In this document: positions 11,665 through 21,898 of the stretch, in pieces | Layout: the number at the start of each line of letters is the position of its first letter | How positions within the stretch are numbered: the stretch's first letter is position 1 | From: Fidelibacterota bacterium | GTDB lineage: Bacteria > Fidelibacterota > SORT01 | Length of the DNA stretch: 64,000 nt | Direction: 5' to 3' | NCBI GenBank assembly: GCA_022571215.1 | Contig: JACZYG010000009.1 | Location: forward strand, 18,663-82,662 | Notes under the pieces: model-generated | What the model saw: only the letters and a program-made list of their open reading frames with translations | Database searches by the model: none | What the model was told of the DNA's origin: nothing | Program-made: the position numbers and the translations under genes

Positions 11665-12507
11665 TCAGTCAATAGAAATATCTTTCTCTCGATAGATTGG
11701 TATCAGTTCTCGAGGATCAATGGGCACGCCTTTCTTCCATATCTCAAAATGTAAATGCGGGCCTCTGCTTATTCCGGTATCTCCTCCGAGCGCAATCGGG
11801 TCACCTCTGTGAACCCTGTCGTGAACCTTCACAAGATTCCGTGAATTATGCCCATAAACACTAAAGTAGTCATTGCCGTGATAAAGTAATATCCTGTTAC
11901 CCGAACGGTAGGTCCAATTGGAGAAGACCACTACTCCTTCTGCCGCGGCGACAACCACATCACCTACTCGCGTGGCGATATCAATTCCTACGTGCTGGTC
12001 TTCCTTAAAAATTGTGGACCTGGCGAAACCGGCGGTCACTACTCCCTCAATTGGCGGTGTAGTCGGCACATTTTCAATAAAATTGACATTATCAAATCTT
12101 GGCATATCAGCAGGATCAATTTCCCTCAGCGGCAATGACATCAACGAATCTAGCTTGTGATTTGAAGTGTCCGCTCCGGATTCAATGAATCCCAACGGAG
12201 ATTCGAGATTCAGACTGAGTCCAAGATATTTTCTGATAGCTATATCTCTCTGTTTTATCCTCGCATAATCATCTAATAATCGCAACACCTTAAAACGGTC
12301 ACGTGTCAACTCCATATTTTTCCCCACCAGATCGTTGTACCTTAAAGCTCTTGGAAGTATCAAAGCGGTCGAAGCGGCGATAGCAATCACTAACAACAGG
12401 CTCAGTATGATAATTGTCCTTAAAAAATTCCTGTTGAGCCGGAAGGTTTTCGGATTTTCCGTTTCATCCGGAATTAGAACTATTGTATAGTATTTATTTT
12501 TTTTCAT
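11665..12507 (-). CDS. Membrane-anchored M23 metallopeptidase
   Basis: N-terminal TM, HVGID (HxxxD) and GPHLHFE (HxH). Confidence 0.93.
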   Translation of the reverse strand: MKKNKYYTIVLIPDETENPKTFRLNRNFLRTIIILSLLLVIAIAASTALILPRALRYNDLVGKNMELTRDRFKVLRLLDDYARIKQRDIAIRKYLGLSLNLESPLGFIESGADTSNHKLDSLMSLPLREIDPADMPRFDNVNFIENVPTTPPIEGVVTAGFARSTIFKEDQHVGIDIATRVGDVVVAAAEGVVVFSNWTYRSGNRILLYHGNDYFSVYGHNSRNLVKVHDRVHRGDPIALGGDTGISRGPHLHFEIWKKGVPIDPRELIPIYREKDISID

Positions 12508-12529
12508 CAGGTTACTATACTTAGCGCTG

Positions 12530-13396
12530 TCAGCTGTCGAGTTGTCCTATAAGGGTGATCAGCCTTTCAAGGTCTTCATTCGAATAATATTCCACAACGA
12601 CCTCTCCGCCTGAGCCTTTTACTCTTATTCTAACCTTCGTCCCGAATTTCATCATAAGTTCACTTTCTATTGCTTTCAATTGGGGAGACTTCGCGGATGT
12701 AGCTTTCAAACGCATTGTTTTTGGAGTTTCTTTCAGGCCTCCCTTAATGATCTCTTCAACCTGTCGCACGCTGAGTCCGTCTTTGATTATCTTTCGATAC
12801 AACGCAAGCATTTTAGCGCTCTCTTTAATAGGGAGCAGCGCTCTTGCATGTCCTTGAGACAGTTCTCCCTTCCTGATAGACTCTCTGATTTCATCCGGCA
12901 ACCCGAGCAGGCGAAGGAAGTTTGCGATGGTCGAACGGTCTTTCCCGACTTTGTCCGCTATCTCTCCGTGCGTCAGTCCGTGATCTTCCACCAATTCCTG
13001 GAATGCCTGCGCTACATCCACGGGGTTCAGGTCTTCTCTCTGTATATTTTCTATTAGAGCGAGTTGAAGCAGGCTTCCATCGTTCTCGACCGACATCACA
13101 TATGCGGGAATCGTTCTCATGTTTATCAGCTTGACTGCCCGTAGCCTACGTTCTCCGGCTATCAACTCGAATTTGCCGTCTTTCCGCCTTACCGTAATAG
13201 GCTGCACAATACCGTTTTCATTTATTGACGCGGCAAGCTCTTCCAATGCTACAGGATCAAAATCATGGCGTGGCTGCCGGGGATTTGTTGAGATACTATC
13301 AACTAATAACTCCGCGACTTCCGCTTTTTCCCCCGACGGCTCATCAAATTCAGGAATGAGCGCCCTGATTCCCCTTCCAAGTGATTTAGCCGGCAT
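12530..13396 (-). CDS. parB: Chromosome partitioning protein ParB/Spo0J
   Basis: Likely start MPAKSLGRG at 13396; [35 protein letters not shown]. Confidence 0.97.
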   Translation of the reverse strand: MPAKSLGRGIRALIPEFDEPSGEKAEVAELLVDSISTNPRQPRHDFDPVALEELAASINENGIVQPITVRRKDGKFELIAGERRLRAVKLINMRTIPAYVMSVENDGSLLQLALIENIQREDLNPVDVAQAFQELVEDHGLTHGEIADKVGKDRSTIANFLRLLGLPDEIRESIRKGELSQGHARALLPIKESAKMLALYRKIIKDGLSVRQVEEIIKGGLKETPKTMRLKATSAKSPQLKAIESELMMKFGTKVRIRVKGSGGEVVVEYYSNEDLERLITLIGQLDS

Positions 13397-14165
13397 GTTC
13401 CAACATCTCCCGAACAAGATTCATATAATTTCCCGCGCCCGTTGAAACTGCATCGTATAGGATTATAGGTTTGCCGTAACTCGGCGCTTCTCCCAATTTT
13501 ACATTTCTGTTTATAACAGTCTCAAAGACTTTTTCCTTAAAATAATCCCTGATCTCTTCCGCCACCTGCCGACTCAGGTTCAAACGGCTATCGAACATCG
13601 TTATCAGAAAACCTTCAACTTCTAATGTTTTGTTCAGGTTCTTCTGAACTAATCGTATGGTATTCAGCAGCTGACTTAAACCCTCTAAAGCAAAATATTC
13701 ACATTGAACGGGCACGAGAACGGTATCAGCGGCGGTCAGACTGTTAAGCGTCAAAAGACCTAAAGAAGGTGGGCAGTCTATGAAAATGTACTCGTAACTT
13801 CCGTTCACGCTGCTGAGCGCCGTTTTGAGTATAGTCTCACGGGCAAGCGCGGGAACGAGTTCGATTTCCGCTCCAACCAATCTTGTTGATGAAGGAAGTA
13901 TATCGAGAAAGGGAAGATCGGATTTCCTTATCACGCTTTCTGCGTCCACACTGTTTATCATAACATCGTAAACCGATTTGTCACTATTTTCAAGTTCTAT
14001 TCCCAATCCGCTCGTAGCGTTTGCCTGCGGATCCATGTCAATTATAAGCGTCGGTATTTCCGTGACAGCCATGCACGCGGCAAGGTTCACGGCGGTAGTG
14101 GTCTTACCCACACCTCCTTTTTGATTCGCTATGACTATAACTTTCGTCAATTCTTTATTACCCAA
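13386..14165 (-). CDS. parA: ParA/Soj ATPase
   Basis: [30 protein letters not shown]. Confidence 0.97.
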   Translation of the reverse strand: MGNKELTKVIVIANQKGGVGKTTTAVNLAACMAVTEIPTLIIDMDPQANATSGLGIELENSDKSVYDVMINSVDAESVIRKSDLPFLDILPSSTRLVGAEIELVPALARETILKTALSSVNGSYEYIFIDCPPSLGLLTLNSLTAADTVLVPVQCEYFALEGLSQLLNTIRLVQKNLNKTLEVEGFLITMFDSRLNLSRQVAEEIRDYFKEKVFETVINRNVKLGEAPSYGKPIILYDAVSTGAGNYMNLVREMLEHAG

Positions 14166-14324
14166 TATTCAATTAACATCTGATTTTTAAATGTAGCAGG
14201 AGACCGACCGAAATGCAAGTATGGTTTGTGCCGGAATCAGTAAAAGTATTTTATTGATTTCGTGTCAGTTGGAACCACCGCCGATTGAGGGACTAACGAA
14301 AATCCGGACTCGCAATGACAACTT

Positions 14325-14452
14325 CTCTCCCCTTGAGGGGAGTGTCCGTCAGTTGACGGACGAGGGGTGTGATCATTCCGTAAGGAGAAATCATAAATTA
14401 ATATCCGAATCACACCCTCCGTCACTTTGTGACACCTCCCTCAAGGGAGGAG
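14325..14452. repeat. REP/REPIN-like inverted pair of GC-rich palindromes
   Basis: Arm 14325-14373 (ctctccccttgaggggagtgtccgtcagttgacggacgaggggtgtgat) is an imperfect reverse complement of arm 14409-14452 (atcacaccctccgtcactttgtgacacctccctcaagggaggag). Each arm has two internal hairpins. Confidence 0.7.
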
Positions 14453-14526
14453 GTTTTTTATCCCCACCCTTAATAAAGCAGATAATAAGTTGATTCCGGT
14501 TTTCTCTCTACATAGATTGAACCGCC

Positions 14527-15522
14527 TTGAATTCTAAACCGATTAAAATCGCTATCCGCATGACAAATAATCGAAAGATGTTCGACAGGATAGTCGAATG
14601 GGTGGGCGCCGAGTTGGATTCACCCGATAGCGTCAAGTTCATCTTCTGTTCTTCAAATGAGGAGTTTGCCTCCGCCGGGAGTGACGTAGCGGTCGCTTCG
14701 TCCTATAAATTCACACCGGAGATCTTTTCCGGTCTGACCGGATTGAAATGGCTTCACTTCGGCGCGACAGGGGTTGACGGAATACTCTTTCCCGAATTAA
14801 TTGAGAGTGACGTTACACTGACCAAGGCGGTCGGTTTTCATTCTAAAGTCACCGCGGAACACGCCATCGCCATGATGTTGTATTTCGAGCGGAAATTCGC
14901 CGAGTCAATAAAATTCAAAGAGACCAGGAAATGGAGCCAAAGGGAAATAGCATTACGAAATGGTACGCTAAGTGGAAAATCACTTGGAATTTTAGGATTC
15001 GGAGCCGTCGGTCAAGCGTTATCAGAGATGGCGGATGTTTTCGGGATGAACGTAAGCGTCGCAACCCGCAGCTCAAAATCAAGCGATCTGCTCCCTCATG
15101 TCAATCGGATATATCCGTCATCGGGGCTAAATGAACTGATAGCCCAATCGGATTACTTCGCCGTCTGCGTTCCTCTCACGAAAGAGACAAAAGGAGTGAT
15201 AAACCGGGAGCGGCTTTCTTTTATGAAAGAATCCGCAATAATCATCAACGTGGCGCGGGGAGCGATTGTAGATGAACCGGCTCTCTATCAAGCGCTCTCT
15301 CAAAAAAAGATAGCCGGAGCAGGACTTGACGTTTTCGCCACGGAACCTCTTCCTGAGGATAACCCGCTGTTCGAACTCGACAACGTCTTTCTCTCTCCGC
15401 ATGTTGCGGGAAACTTCGGTGATTATACGCATCTCGCCGCGACCGATTTCGGTGTGAATCTGCAGCGTTACCTATCAGGCAAAGAACTCAGAAACGTAGT
15501 TGATAAATCGCTGGGATACTGA
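14527..15522 (+). CDS. D-2-hydroxyacid dehydrogenase (NAD-dependent)
   Basis: GILGFGAVG, INVARG, LDVFATEPL, SPHVAG. Confidence 0.93.
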   Translation: MNSKPIKIAIRMTNNRKMFDRIVEWVGAELDSPDSVKFIFCSSNEEFASAGSDVAVASSYKFTPEIFSGLTGLKWLHFGATGVDGILFPELIESDVTLTKAVGFHSKVTAEHAIAMMLYFERKFAESIKFKETRKWSQREIALRNGTLSGKSLGILGFGAVGQALSEMADVFGMNVSVATRSSKSSDLLPHVNRIYPSSGLNELIAQSDYFAVCVPLTKETKGVINRERLSFMKESAIIINVARGAIVDEPALYQALSQKKIAGAGLDVFATEPLPEDNPLFELDNVFLSPHVAGNFGDYTHLAATDFGVNLQRYLSGKELRNVVDKSLGY

Positions 15523-15578
15523 ACTGGAATTAATTAACCTTCTTTTGGAAATATTATACTAATTTTTGAAAATATTAT

Positions 15579-15607
15579 TTGACATAAGATGATAAAATAG
15601 ATAAATT
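15579..15607 (+). promoter_or_regulatory. Sigma70-type promoter for secDF
   Basis: TTGACA-17 bp-TAAATT upstream of RBS GAGGA and the secD start. Confidence 0.55.
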
Positions 15608-15644
15608 CGTTGCTTGCTTGAACATTAGAATTTAAGAGGATTTA

Positions 15645-17555
15645 TTGGGAAAAAATTTAACGCCAAGATTTGTGCTGATAGGAGCTGTGATATTCCTTAC
15701 AGCCTATTTATTGACACCGACAATAGAATATTATTTCTTTCCACCCGATGACGAAGCAGCCAGTGACGCGCTTCAGGAAAAAGCATTAAAACTCGGCCTT
15801 GATCTTCAGGGTGGTATGCATGTTGTAATGGAGGTGAATATACCGAAACTCGTAGAGAACTTAGCGAGTAACAAAACACTTCTTTATGATGCGCTTGCCG
15901 CCGCCGAGACAAGAGCTGAAAATGATGACATCGAATTCCTTGATGCGCTGCTGCTCGAAGCGAATGAACGGAATATCAAACTCGCCCGGCATTTCATTGA
16001 ATATGGAATTGAAAATTCGGAGATAATTGACGCCTTAGAAGATGAAGCAAGTGACGCTGTCAATCGCGCTCTCGAGGTTATTCGAAATAGGGTTGACCAA
16101 TTTGGAGTTTCCGAACCTACGATTCTCAAGCAGGGTTCGAATCGAATAATTGTCGAACTTGCCGGCGTGCAGGATCCCGAACGAGCGCGTAACTTGATAA
16201 GACAAACGGCTCTGTTGGAATTTAGCCTGCTTAAAGAACCTGATGTTGTCCAGGCCGTTATTAACCGCATCGATAACGTTCTCAAAAGTATCAGGACCGG
16301 TATAGCCTTAGACAGTCTTGTTACACTCTCCGGCTCTACGGCAGATACAACTGACACTACTCGGACAGCGGTTGCCGAAAGTAAGGATAAATCCATCAGT
16401 GTTGATGAAATATTCGGCGTAACAACACCAGAATCATTCTCCGATAAATCAGAAGGTTCTGTAATCGTGGATGAGCAGATTTTTGAAGATCGTCCCTTTT
16501 CTGCCCTGCTAAGGAACATAGATGGTGATATAGGTGTTCCGTTAGAGAACGTAAAGGCTGTTCGCAGAATTCTTGAATTAGAGGAAGTTCAAGCTGCGCT
16601 TCCGGCGGATATGAAGATAATCTGGTCAAGCAATCAGAAAGATTTCGGCGGAAGGGGACTCCCGTCTGAAAAATTTAATGTCCTGTATGCTGTCAACAGA
16701 GAACCGGGTTTGACGGGAGAAGTTGTTACTTCCGCTTCGGCTAATTTCGGCGGAGGCGCAAGTTCCGCTTCAGGACAACCGGTGGTCTACCTCAATATGA
16801 ACAGTGAGGGCGCCAGAACTTGGTCACGTCTTACCGGAGCAAACATAAATAAAAGAATTGCCATTATTCTTGACAATAGAGTCCACTCCGCGCCGGTAAT
16901 TAGAAGTAAAATTCCATCCGGAAATACTGTCATTGAAGGAATGAATTCCATAAATGAAGCAAAAGACCTTTCCATTATCTTGAGAGCAGGCGCGCTTCCC
17001 GCTCCAATGGAAATTATTGAGGAACGTACTATCGGTCCGACACTTGGTCATGATTCGATTAAAATGGGCACGGACGCCGCGCTTCTTGGATTGGTACTCG
17101 TAATGATATTTATGCTTCTATACTATAGGATGTCCGGGCTTCTTGCGAATTTTGCGCTGCTTCTTAATCTCGCTTTTGTTCTCGCAATCATGACAACGCT
17201 TAGAGCGACGCTGACACTGCCGGGTATTGCGGGACTTATTCTGACTATCGGAATGTCAGTTGACGCGAACGTGCTGATATTTGAGAGGATAAAAGAAGAG
17301 CTCAGAAAGGGCAAAACGGTTCGTTCTGCGATAGATGCAGGTTATTCAAAGGCATTAACAACAATTATCGACGCAAACGTGACCACCATACTCGCTGCTC
17401 TCGTGCTCTTCCAATTCGGAACCGGGCCCATCAAGGGATTTGCCGTTACGCTGTTTTGGGGCATCCTTGCAAGTATGTTGACCGCTATTTTCATCACAAG
17501 GACAATTTTTGCATACGTAACCGACCGCTTCAAGGTCACTAAATTAAGTATATAA
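15645..17555 (+). CDS. secD: Protein translocase subunit SecD
   Basis: LKLGLDLQGG, RNRVDQFGVSEP, GMSVDANVLIFERIKEE, IIDANVTT. Confidence 0.98.
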   Translation: MGKNLTPRFVLIGAVIFLTAYLLTPTIEYYFFPPDDEAASDALQEKALKLGLDLQGGMHVVMEVNIPKLVENLASNKTLLYDALAAAETRAENDDIEFLDALLLEANERNIKLARHFIEYGIENSEIIDALEDEASDAVNRALEVIRNRVDQFGVSEPTILKQGSNRIIVELAGVQDPERARNLIRQTALLEFSLLKEPDVVQAVINRIDNVLKSIRTGIALDSLVTLSGSTADTTDTTRTAVAESKDKSISVDEIFGVTTPESFSDKSEGSVIVDEQIFEDRPFSALLRNIDGDIGVPLENVKAVRRILELEEVQAALPADMKIIWSSNQKDFGGRGLPSEKFNVLYAVNREPGLTGEVVTSASANFGGGASSASGQPVVYLNMNSEGARTWSRLTGANINKRIAIILDNRVHSAPVIRSKIPSGNTVIEGMNSINEAKDLSIILRAGALPAPMEIIEERTIGPTLGHDSIKMGTDAALLGLVLVMIFMLLYYRMSGLLANFALLLNLAFVLAIMTTLRATLTLPGIAGLILTIGMSVDANVLIFERIKEELRKGKTVRSAIDAGYSKALTTIIDANVTTILAALVLFQFGTGPIKGFAVTLFWGILASMLTAIFITRTIFAYVTDRFKVTKLSI

Positions 17556-17556
17556 A

Positions 17557-18483
17557 ATGAACTTATTTGTAGACACAAACATAGATTTCATAGGTAAGCG
17601 TAAAATCGGCATTGTGCTTTCTCTTCTTCTCATCCTCGTCGGTTTAATCTCGATGGTCGCTCACGGAGGACCCCGGCTTGGAATCGACTTTTTAGGCGGA
17701 ACATTAGTTCAGGTCAAATTCGAAGAGTCTGTTTCCAGCACGGATGTCCGTTTAGCTATTTCCACAGCAGGTTATGGTGGCGCAGTGATACAGCAGTTCG
17801 GCGATGATAAAGAAATCCTTATTAGGATACTTGAAGCAAAAGGTGACACGGAAGCAGCCACTCTCATCTCCCAAGCGCTGACTGATTATTTTACGGATAA
17901 CCCGTATGAAATTCGCAGGGTTGAAAAAGTGGGACCAAAAATTGGCGAAGAGCTAAGAACCAAAGCTGTTTTGGCAATTTTCGGCGCTATGCTCGGCATC
18001 GTTATTTATATTACCTTCAGGTTCGAATTCAAATTCGCTATCGGCGCTCTTATCGCCCTTGCGCATGATGTCTTAATAACTCTCGGTATTTTTAGTTTAT
18101 TGGATATCGAGATAACACTTGCTGTCATTGCCGCTTTTCTTACAATAGTGGGGTATTCATTGAACGATACTATCGTTATCTATGACCGTATAAGGGAGAA
18201 TATCAAAGCGATGCGCGGTGAATCCTATGAAAAAATAATTAACACGAGCATTAATAATTCCCTTGCCAGAACCGTTGTAACCTCGATGACTACTTTTATG
18301 GTAGTATTTATTTTATATATTATGGGGGGACAAGTAATATCAGGATTTTCATTCGCTATGATGCTTGGAGTAATTGTGGGAACTTATTCGTCTATCTTTA
18401 TTGCAAGCCCGATTCTGATCGAATGGCATGAGCGCGCGGCAGCAAAGAAATCATCCGAGTTCGTTACAAGCTCAACGAGGTAA
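17557..18483 (+). CDS. secF: Protein translocase subunit SecF
   Basis: LGIDFLGGT, VGYSLNDTIVIYDRIRE, GTYSSIFIA. Confidence 0.98.
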   Translation: MNLFVDTNIDFIGKRKIGIVLSLLLILVGLISMVAHGGPRLGIDFLGGTLVQVKFEESVSSTDVRLAISTAGYGGAVIQQFGDDKEILIRILEAKGDTEAATLISQALTDYFTDNPYEIRRVEKVGPKIGEELRTKAVLAIFGAMLGIVIYITFRFEFKFAIGALIALAHDVLITLGIFSLLDIEITLAVIAAFLTIVGYSLNDTIVIYDRIRENIKAMRGESYEKIINTSINNSLARTVVTSMTTFMVVFILYIMGGQVISGFSFAMMLGVIVGTYSSIFIASPILIEWHERAAAKKSSEFVTSSTR

Positions 18484-18486
18484 AAT

Positions 18487-18825
18487 ATGAAATTAAATCA
18501 AATAGATAAAGACGGTGTGACCGTCATCGAGTTAAAAGGGAAATTGATGGGTGGACCGGACGCTGTTGAACTGCATGAAACTCTTCATGGTCTTGTCGAA
18601 AAAGATGTCAAGAATTTCGTGCTTGATTTAAAAGATGTTGATTGGATAAACAGTTCCGGATTAGGTATTTTGATCAGTGGTCTGACGACAGTCCGAAATA
18701 GCGGGGGTGATCTATGCTTGGCTCAAGCGGGAGATAAAATAAAAAATATTCTCACTATAACCAAATTATCCTCTGTTTTTAATTCATTTGACCTCTTAGA
18801 TGATGCAGTCGCCAGCTTTAAATAA
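18487..18825 (+). CDS. STAS-domain anti-sigma factor antagonist
   Basis: LDLKDVDWINSSGLG with the phosphorylatable Ser. Confidence 0.93.
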   Translation: MKLNQIDKDGVTVIELKGKLMGGPDAVELHETLHGLVEKDVKNFVLDLKDVDWINSSGLGILISGLTTVRNSGGDLCLAQAGDKIKNILTITKLSSVFNSFDLLDDAVASFK

Positions 18826-18888
18826 CTTTCTATTTCCTAAAACAACCCACCGAGAGAGTTTAATCGATATACTATCACTTTTCCCATT

Positions 18889-20154
18889 ATGCCCGTAACG
18901 ATTATAGTCGGCGGGCAATGGGGCGATGAAGGGAAGGGAAAGATTGTTGATATCCTTTCCGCCGAAGCCGACGCCGTAGCCCGTTATCAGGGTGGAGCGA
19001 ATGCGGGTCATACAATTCTCATCGAAGATAAACAGTATGTGCTGCACCTTATTCCTTCAGGAATTCTCAGAGATAACACTTCCTGCTACATCGGAAACGG
19101 TGTCGTTGTAGACCCTGATGCGTTTTTAAGCGAGGTTGAATTTCTCAATTCAGAAGGGATTGATGTTGAAGGCCGGTTATTTATAAGCAACAATGCTCAT
19201 CTTGTTACTCCATTACATATCTTATCTGACAAAACGTCTGAATCAGGAAGTAATAAAATCGGCACTACTTTAAGGGGTATCGGTCCTGCTTATACTGATA
19301 AGGTCTCCCGCGTTGGTATTCGGGCGGTGGAATTGCTGAATCAGGACGTTTTTAAATCAAAGCTTCTTAACAACTACGAGTTGTTAGGCAGACATTTTAC
19401 CGGCGGCAACGGCGATCTACCGCCATTCAATGACATTTTTGATTCCTATTGGGCTTCAGCCTCAAAACTAATTCCTTATCTTTCAGACGTTACCGCTCAA
19501 CTTCAGGAGCTGATCCTGAGAGGAGACAATTTACTCTTAGAGGGGGCGCAGGGAACATATTTAGACGTGGATCATGGTACTTATCCATACGTCACCTCTT
19601 CTAACCCTTCTGCGGGAAGCGCTTGCTCCGGCGTAGGAATAGGTCCGACAAAAATTGACAGAGTTATTACAGTATTTAAAGCATATACAACAAGAGTAGG
19701 ATTAGGACCCTTTCCAACCGAGCTCGAAGATGAGATAGGCGATCTAATCAGAGAAACCGGGTTCGAATTCGGAGCCACGACGGGAAGAGAACGCAGATGC
19801 GGCTGGTTTGACATCCCTTTCGCCGTTCGGGCTATCGGCATAAACGGTACGAGCGATATCGCTTTGACTAAACTTGATGTCTTAGACGGACTTGAAGAGA
19901 TCATGTTGTGCGTGGGCTACAAATTAAACGGAGAAAAAATAGATTATTTCCCAAGAAGTATAGAAGAGATGGAATCTGTAGTTCCAATTTATGAATCTGT
20001 TCCCGGTTGGAAAACGGAATTAAAGCGTTTTTCTTCTTACTCCGAATTACCGGATAAAACGAAAAATTATATCTCGATTCTTGAAGACTACCTTAAAACA
20101 CCCATCAAAATGATCTCCGTGGATCCTCGAAGAGAAAAAATTATCTTAAGATAA
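18889..20154 (+). CDS. purA: Adenylosuccinate synthetase
   Basis: QWGDEGKGK, GGANAGHT, GIGPAYTDK, GATTGRERR, TKLDVL. Confidence 0.99.
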   Translation: MPVTIIVGGQWGDEGKGKIVDILSAEADAVARYQGGANAGHTILIEDKQYVLHLIPSGILRDNTSCYIGNGVVVDPDAFLSEVEFLNSEGIDVEGRLFISNNAHLVTPLHILSDKTSESGSNKIGTTLRGIGPAYTDKVSRVGIRAVELLNQDVFKSKLLNNYELLGRHFTGGNGDLPPFNDIFDSYWASASKLIPYLSDVTAQLQELILRGDNLLLEGAQGTYLDVDHGTYPYVTSSNPSAGSACSGVGIGPTKIDRVITVFKAYTTRVGLGPFPTELEDEIGDLIRETGFEFGATTGRERRCGWFDIPFAVRAIGINGTSDIALTKLDVLDGLEEIMLCVGYKLNGEKIDYFPRSIEEMESVVPIYESVPGWKTELKRFSSYSELPDKTKNYISILEDYLKTPIKMISVDPRREKIILR

Positions 20155-20215
20155 ACATAAAAATCTTACTAATGAAACAACCGTGATTTCGAGATTTAAC
20201 TGATTTAAATCCTAT

Positions 20216-21622
20216 TTACTTGTTCATGCCCAATGTTTCAAGATGATGATACAGATTACTCAACGTAACTCCCAATTCATCGGCTAATTTATTCTTATCC
20301 CAGTTATTATTGGCGAGTCGTTCAGTCAGAAATTCCTTTTTGAAAACCCGTACCGCTTCCTTTAGAGTTAATTTTTCATAATCGTTCGCTATGTTTCTCG
20401 GTCTATCCATCACATGATGCATCATTTCGATAAGTTTACGAACCTCCGAAACAATTTCGCCGGATAGTAACGGTCTTTCCGCAATTGCTTCTGTTTCAGC
20501 ATGTTTTATTTCAATAGTGTTATTATTCAATCTTGAATTTACTTCGTGATATAATTGAGCGAATCTCCACGAGCCGCCAAGCTCCTTCTTGGTTCTGCCG
20601 AAATACTCCGACCTTAAGCCAAAGTCATCATCCAACATACTCTTAGATGCTTCGATCTTTCCGATTTTGAGTAGGAACTTTGCATACTCTTCAAGAGAAG
20701 TAGCTGTTTCCTGTTCATCGGATAAAGTCTTTGACAGAGCGAGCGTCTCCGAATAAAGTTTCTCAGCTTCTTCATCACCACCGATCAACGAATAGCATTG
20801 AGCTAAATTTCTCAAACTTTTTATTGTTAAAACAGGGTCTGTTCTATCTTTCAAACAATCTTCGAAATATGTAATTGATGGAGTTATCCGGTTCGATTTG
20901 AGGTTAAGTTCACCCAGTTTGAAAAACAAATTGATTAGGGGCAATTTCCCTTTTGTTTTTTGAGCAAAGCGCAACGCCTCTCTGTATGAATTTAAAGCTG
21001 ATTCTATATCACCCATATCCGAATACGAATTACCGATTGTGGTATGAATTTCAGCATATTTTTCGTGCTCTTCACCCTTCTTGTATATTGTCGCAGCCAT
21101 ATTGAGCAAACTAATCGCTCCTTCATAATCTCCTTTTCCGAAATTTAAAAGAGCCTTTGAGTTAAGTATGTCTGCCTTTTGAGAAGGAATTTCCACGCTG
21201 CTGGTCGCCGCGTCAATTGATTCTTCCGCCTTAGAATATTGCTGCAACGCTATACGGTAATTCGCGATATCTGTATGAATTTTCGTTTTCACTTCACTCG
21301 ATTTAGCAAGACCCCTCGCGGTCATGAGAAATTCGCCCGCAAGACTTGGTCCCTCTACTCCTAATACTATATTCGCAAGCGCTCGATAAATCTCCGCCTT
21401 CTGGTCTTCGTCGGTAGAAGTTTCAAGCGCCTCATAAAAATCTTCAAGACCACCGTTTTTTGTAATGATTTTACATTCTCTTGCTACATTGAGAAGGATA
21501 TTTAATTCATAATCGGTAAGAACTTCTATATATGAGATTATTTTGTTTATGCCGTTATTTGTGGTGGTCAAATTAACCTCTTTTTGCCCTTTCGTCCGGA
21601 TGACAGAGTCATTTTCTATCAT
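20216..21622 (-). CDS. TPR-repeat protein with C-terminal Fis-type HTH
   Basis: Multiple TPR-like helical repeats (e.g. IGNSYSDMGDIESALNSYREAL). C-terminus LKEAV..LANNNWDKNKLADELGVTLSNLYHHL resembles HTH_8. Confidence 0.75.
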   Translation of the reverse strand: MIENDSVIRTKGQKEVNLTTTNNGINKIISYIEVLTDYELNILLNVARECKIITKNGGLEDFYEALETSTDEDQKAEIYRALANIVLGVEGPSLAGEFLMTARGLAKSSEVKTKIHTDIANYRIALQQYSKAEESIDAATSSVEIPSQKADILNSKALLNFGKGDYEGAISLLNMAATIYKKGEEHEKYAEIHTTIGNSYSDMGDIESALNSYREALRFAQKTKGKLPLINLFFKLGELNLKSNRITPSITYFEDCLKDRTDPVLTIKSLRNLAQCYSLIGGDEEAEKLYSETLALSKTLSDEQETATSLEEYAKFLLKIGKIEASKSMLDDDFGLRSEYFGRTKKELGGSWRFAQLYHEVNSRLNNNTIEIKHAETEAIAERPLLSGEIVSEVRKLIEMMHHVMDRPRNIANDYEKLTLKEAVRVFKKEFLTERLANNNWDKNKLADELGVTLSNLYHHLETLGMNK

Positions 21623-21837
21623 TTTAAATTATTGTTGAGATATTTTAACAAAAATCAAATCTCTTTGCAACCTTTATTTTTACTGTATTAAATAAGAATT
21701 CTGTTTGATTTCAAAAACTTTCTTTCACTCAATCAAATTTCCCTAATATCGTTATAATAGGTAATATTATTTCAGTTATGCGGTGCCAAGTCATCATTAC
21801 GGGCGAGGAATAATTCAAGTTCTCATATTCAAAAAAC

Positions 21838-21867
21838 TTGACTATTTGAGTCTCTGATTGGTATTAT
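21838..21867 (+). promoter_or_regulatory. Putative promoter for the accC-mcm operon
   Basis: TTGACT-18 bp-TATTAT with an extended -10 TGn. Confidence 0.45.
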
Positions 21868-21898
21868 TTTCGATACCTTAAACTGAATATTTAAACCG

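Noticed and set aside
14221-14493. Short ORFs 14221-14493 (+) and 14237-14425 (-)
   Set aside because: They overlap the palindromic repeat, have no RBS and show no protein-like motifs.
21623-21898. Cobalamin riboswitch or sigma54 promoter upstream of the mutase operon or the TPR-HTH gene
   Set aside because: No B12-box elements were recognised. The minus-strand TGGCAC lacks TTGC at the -12 position.
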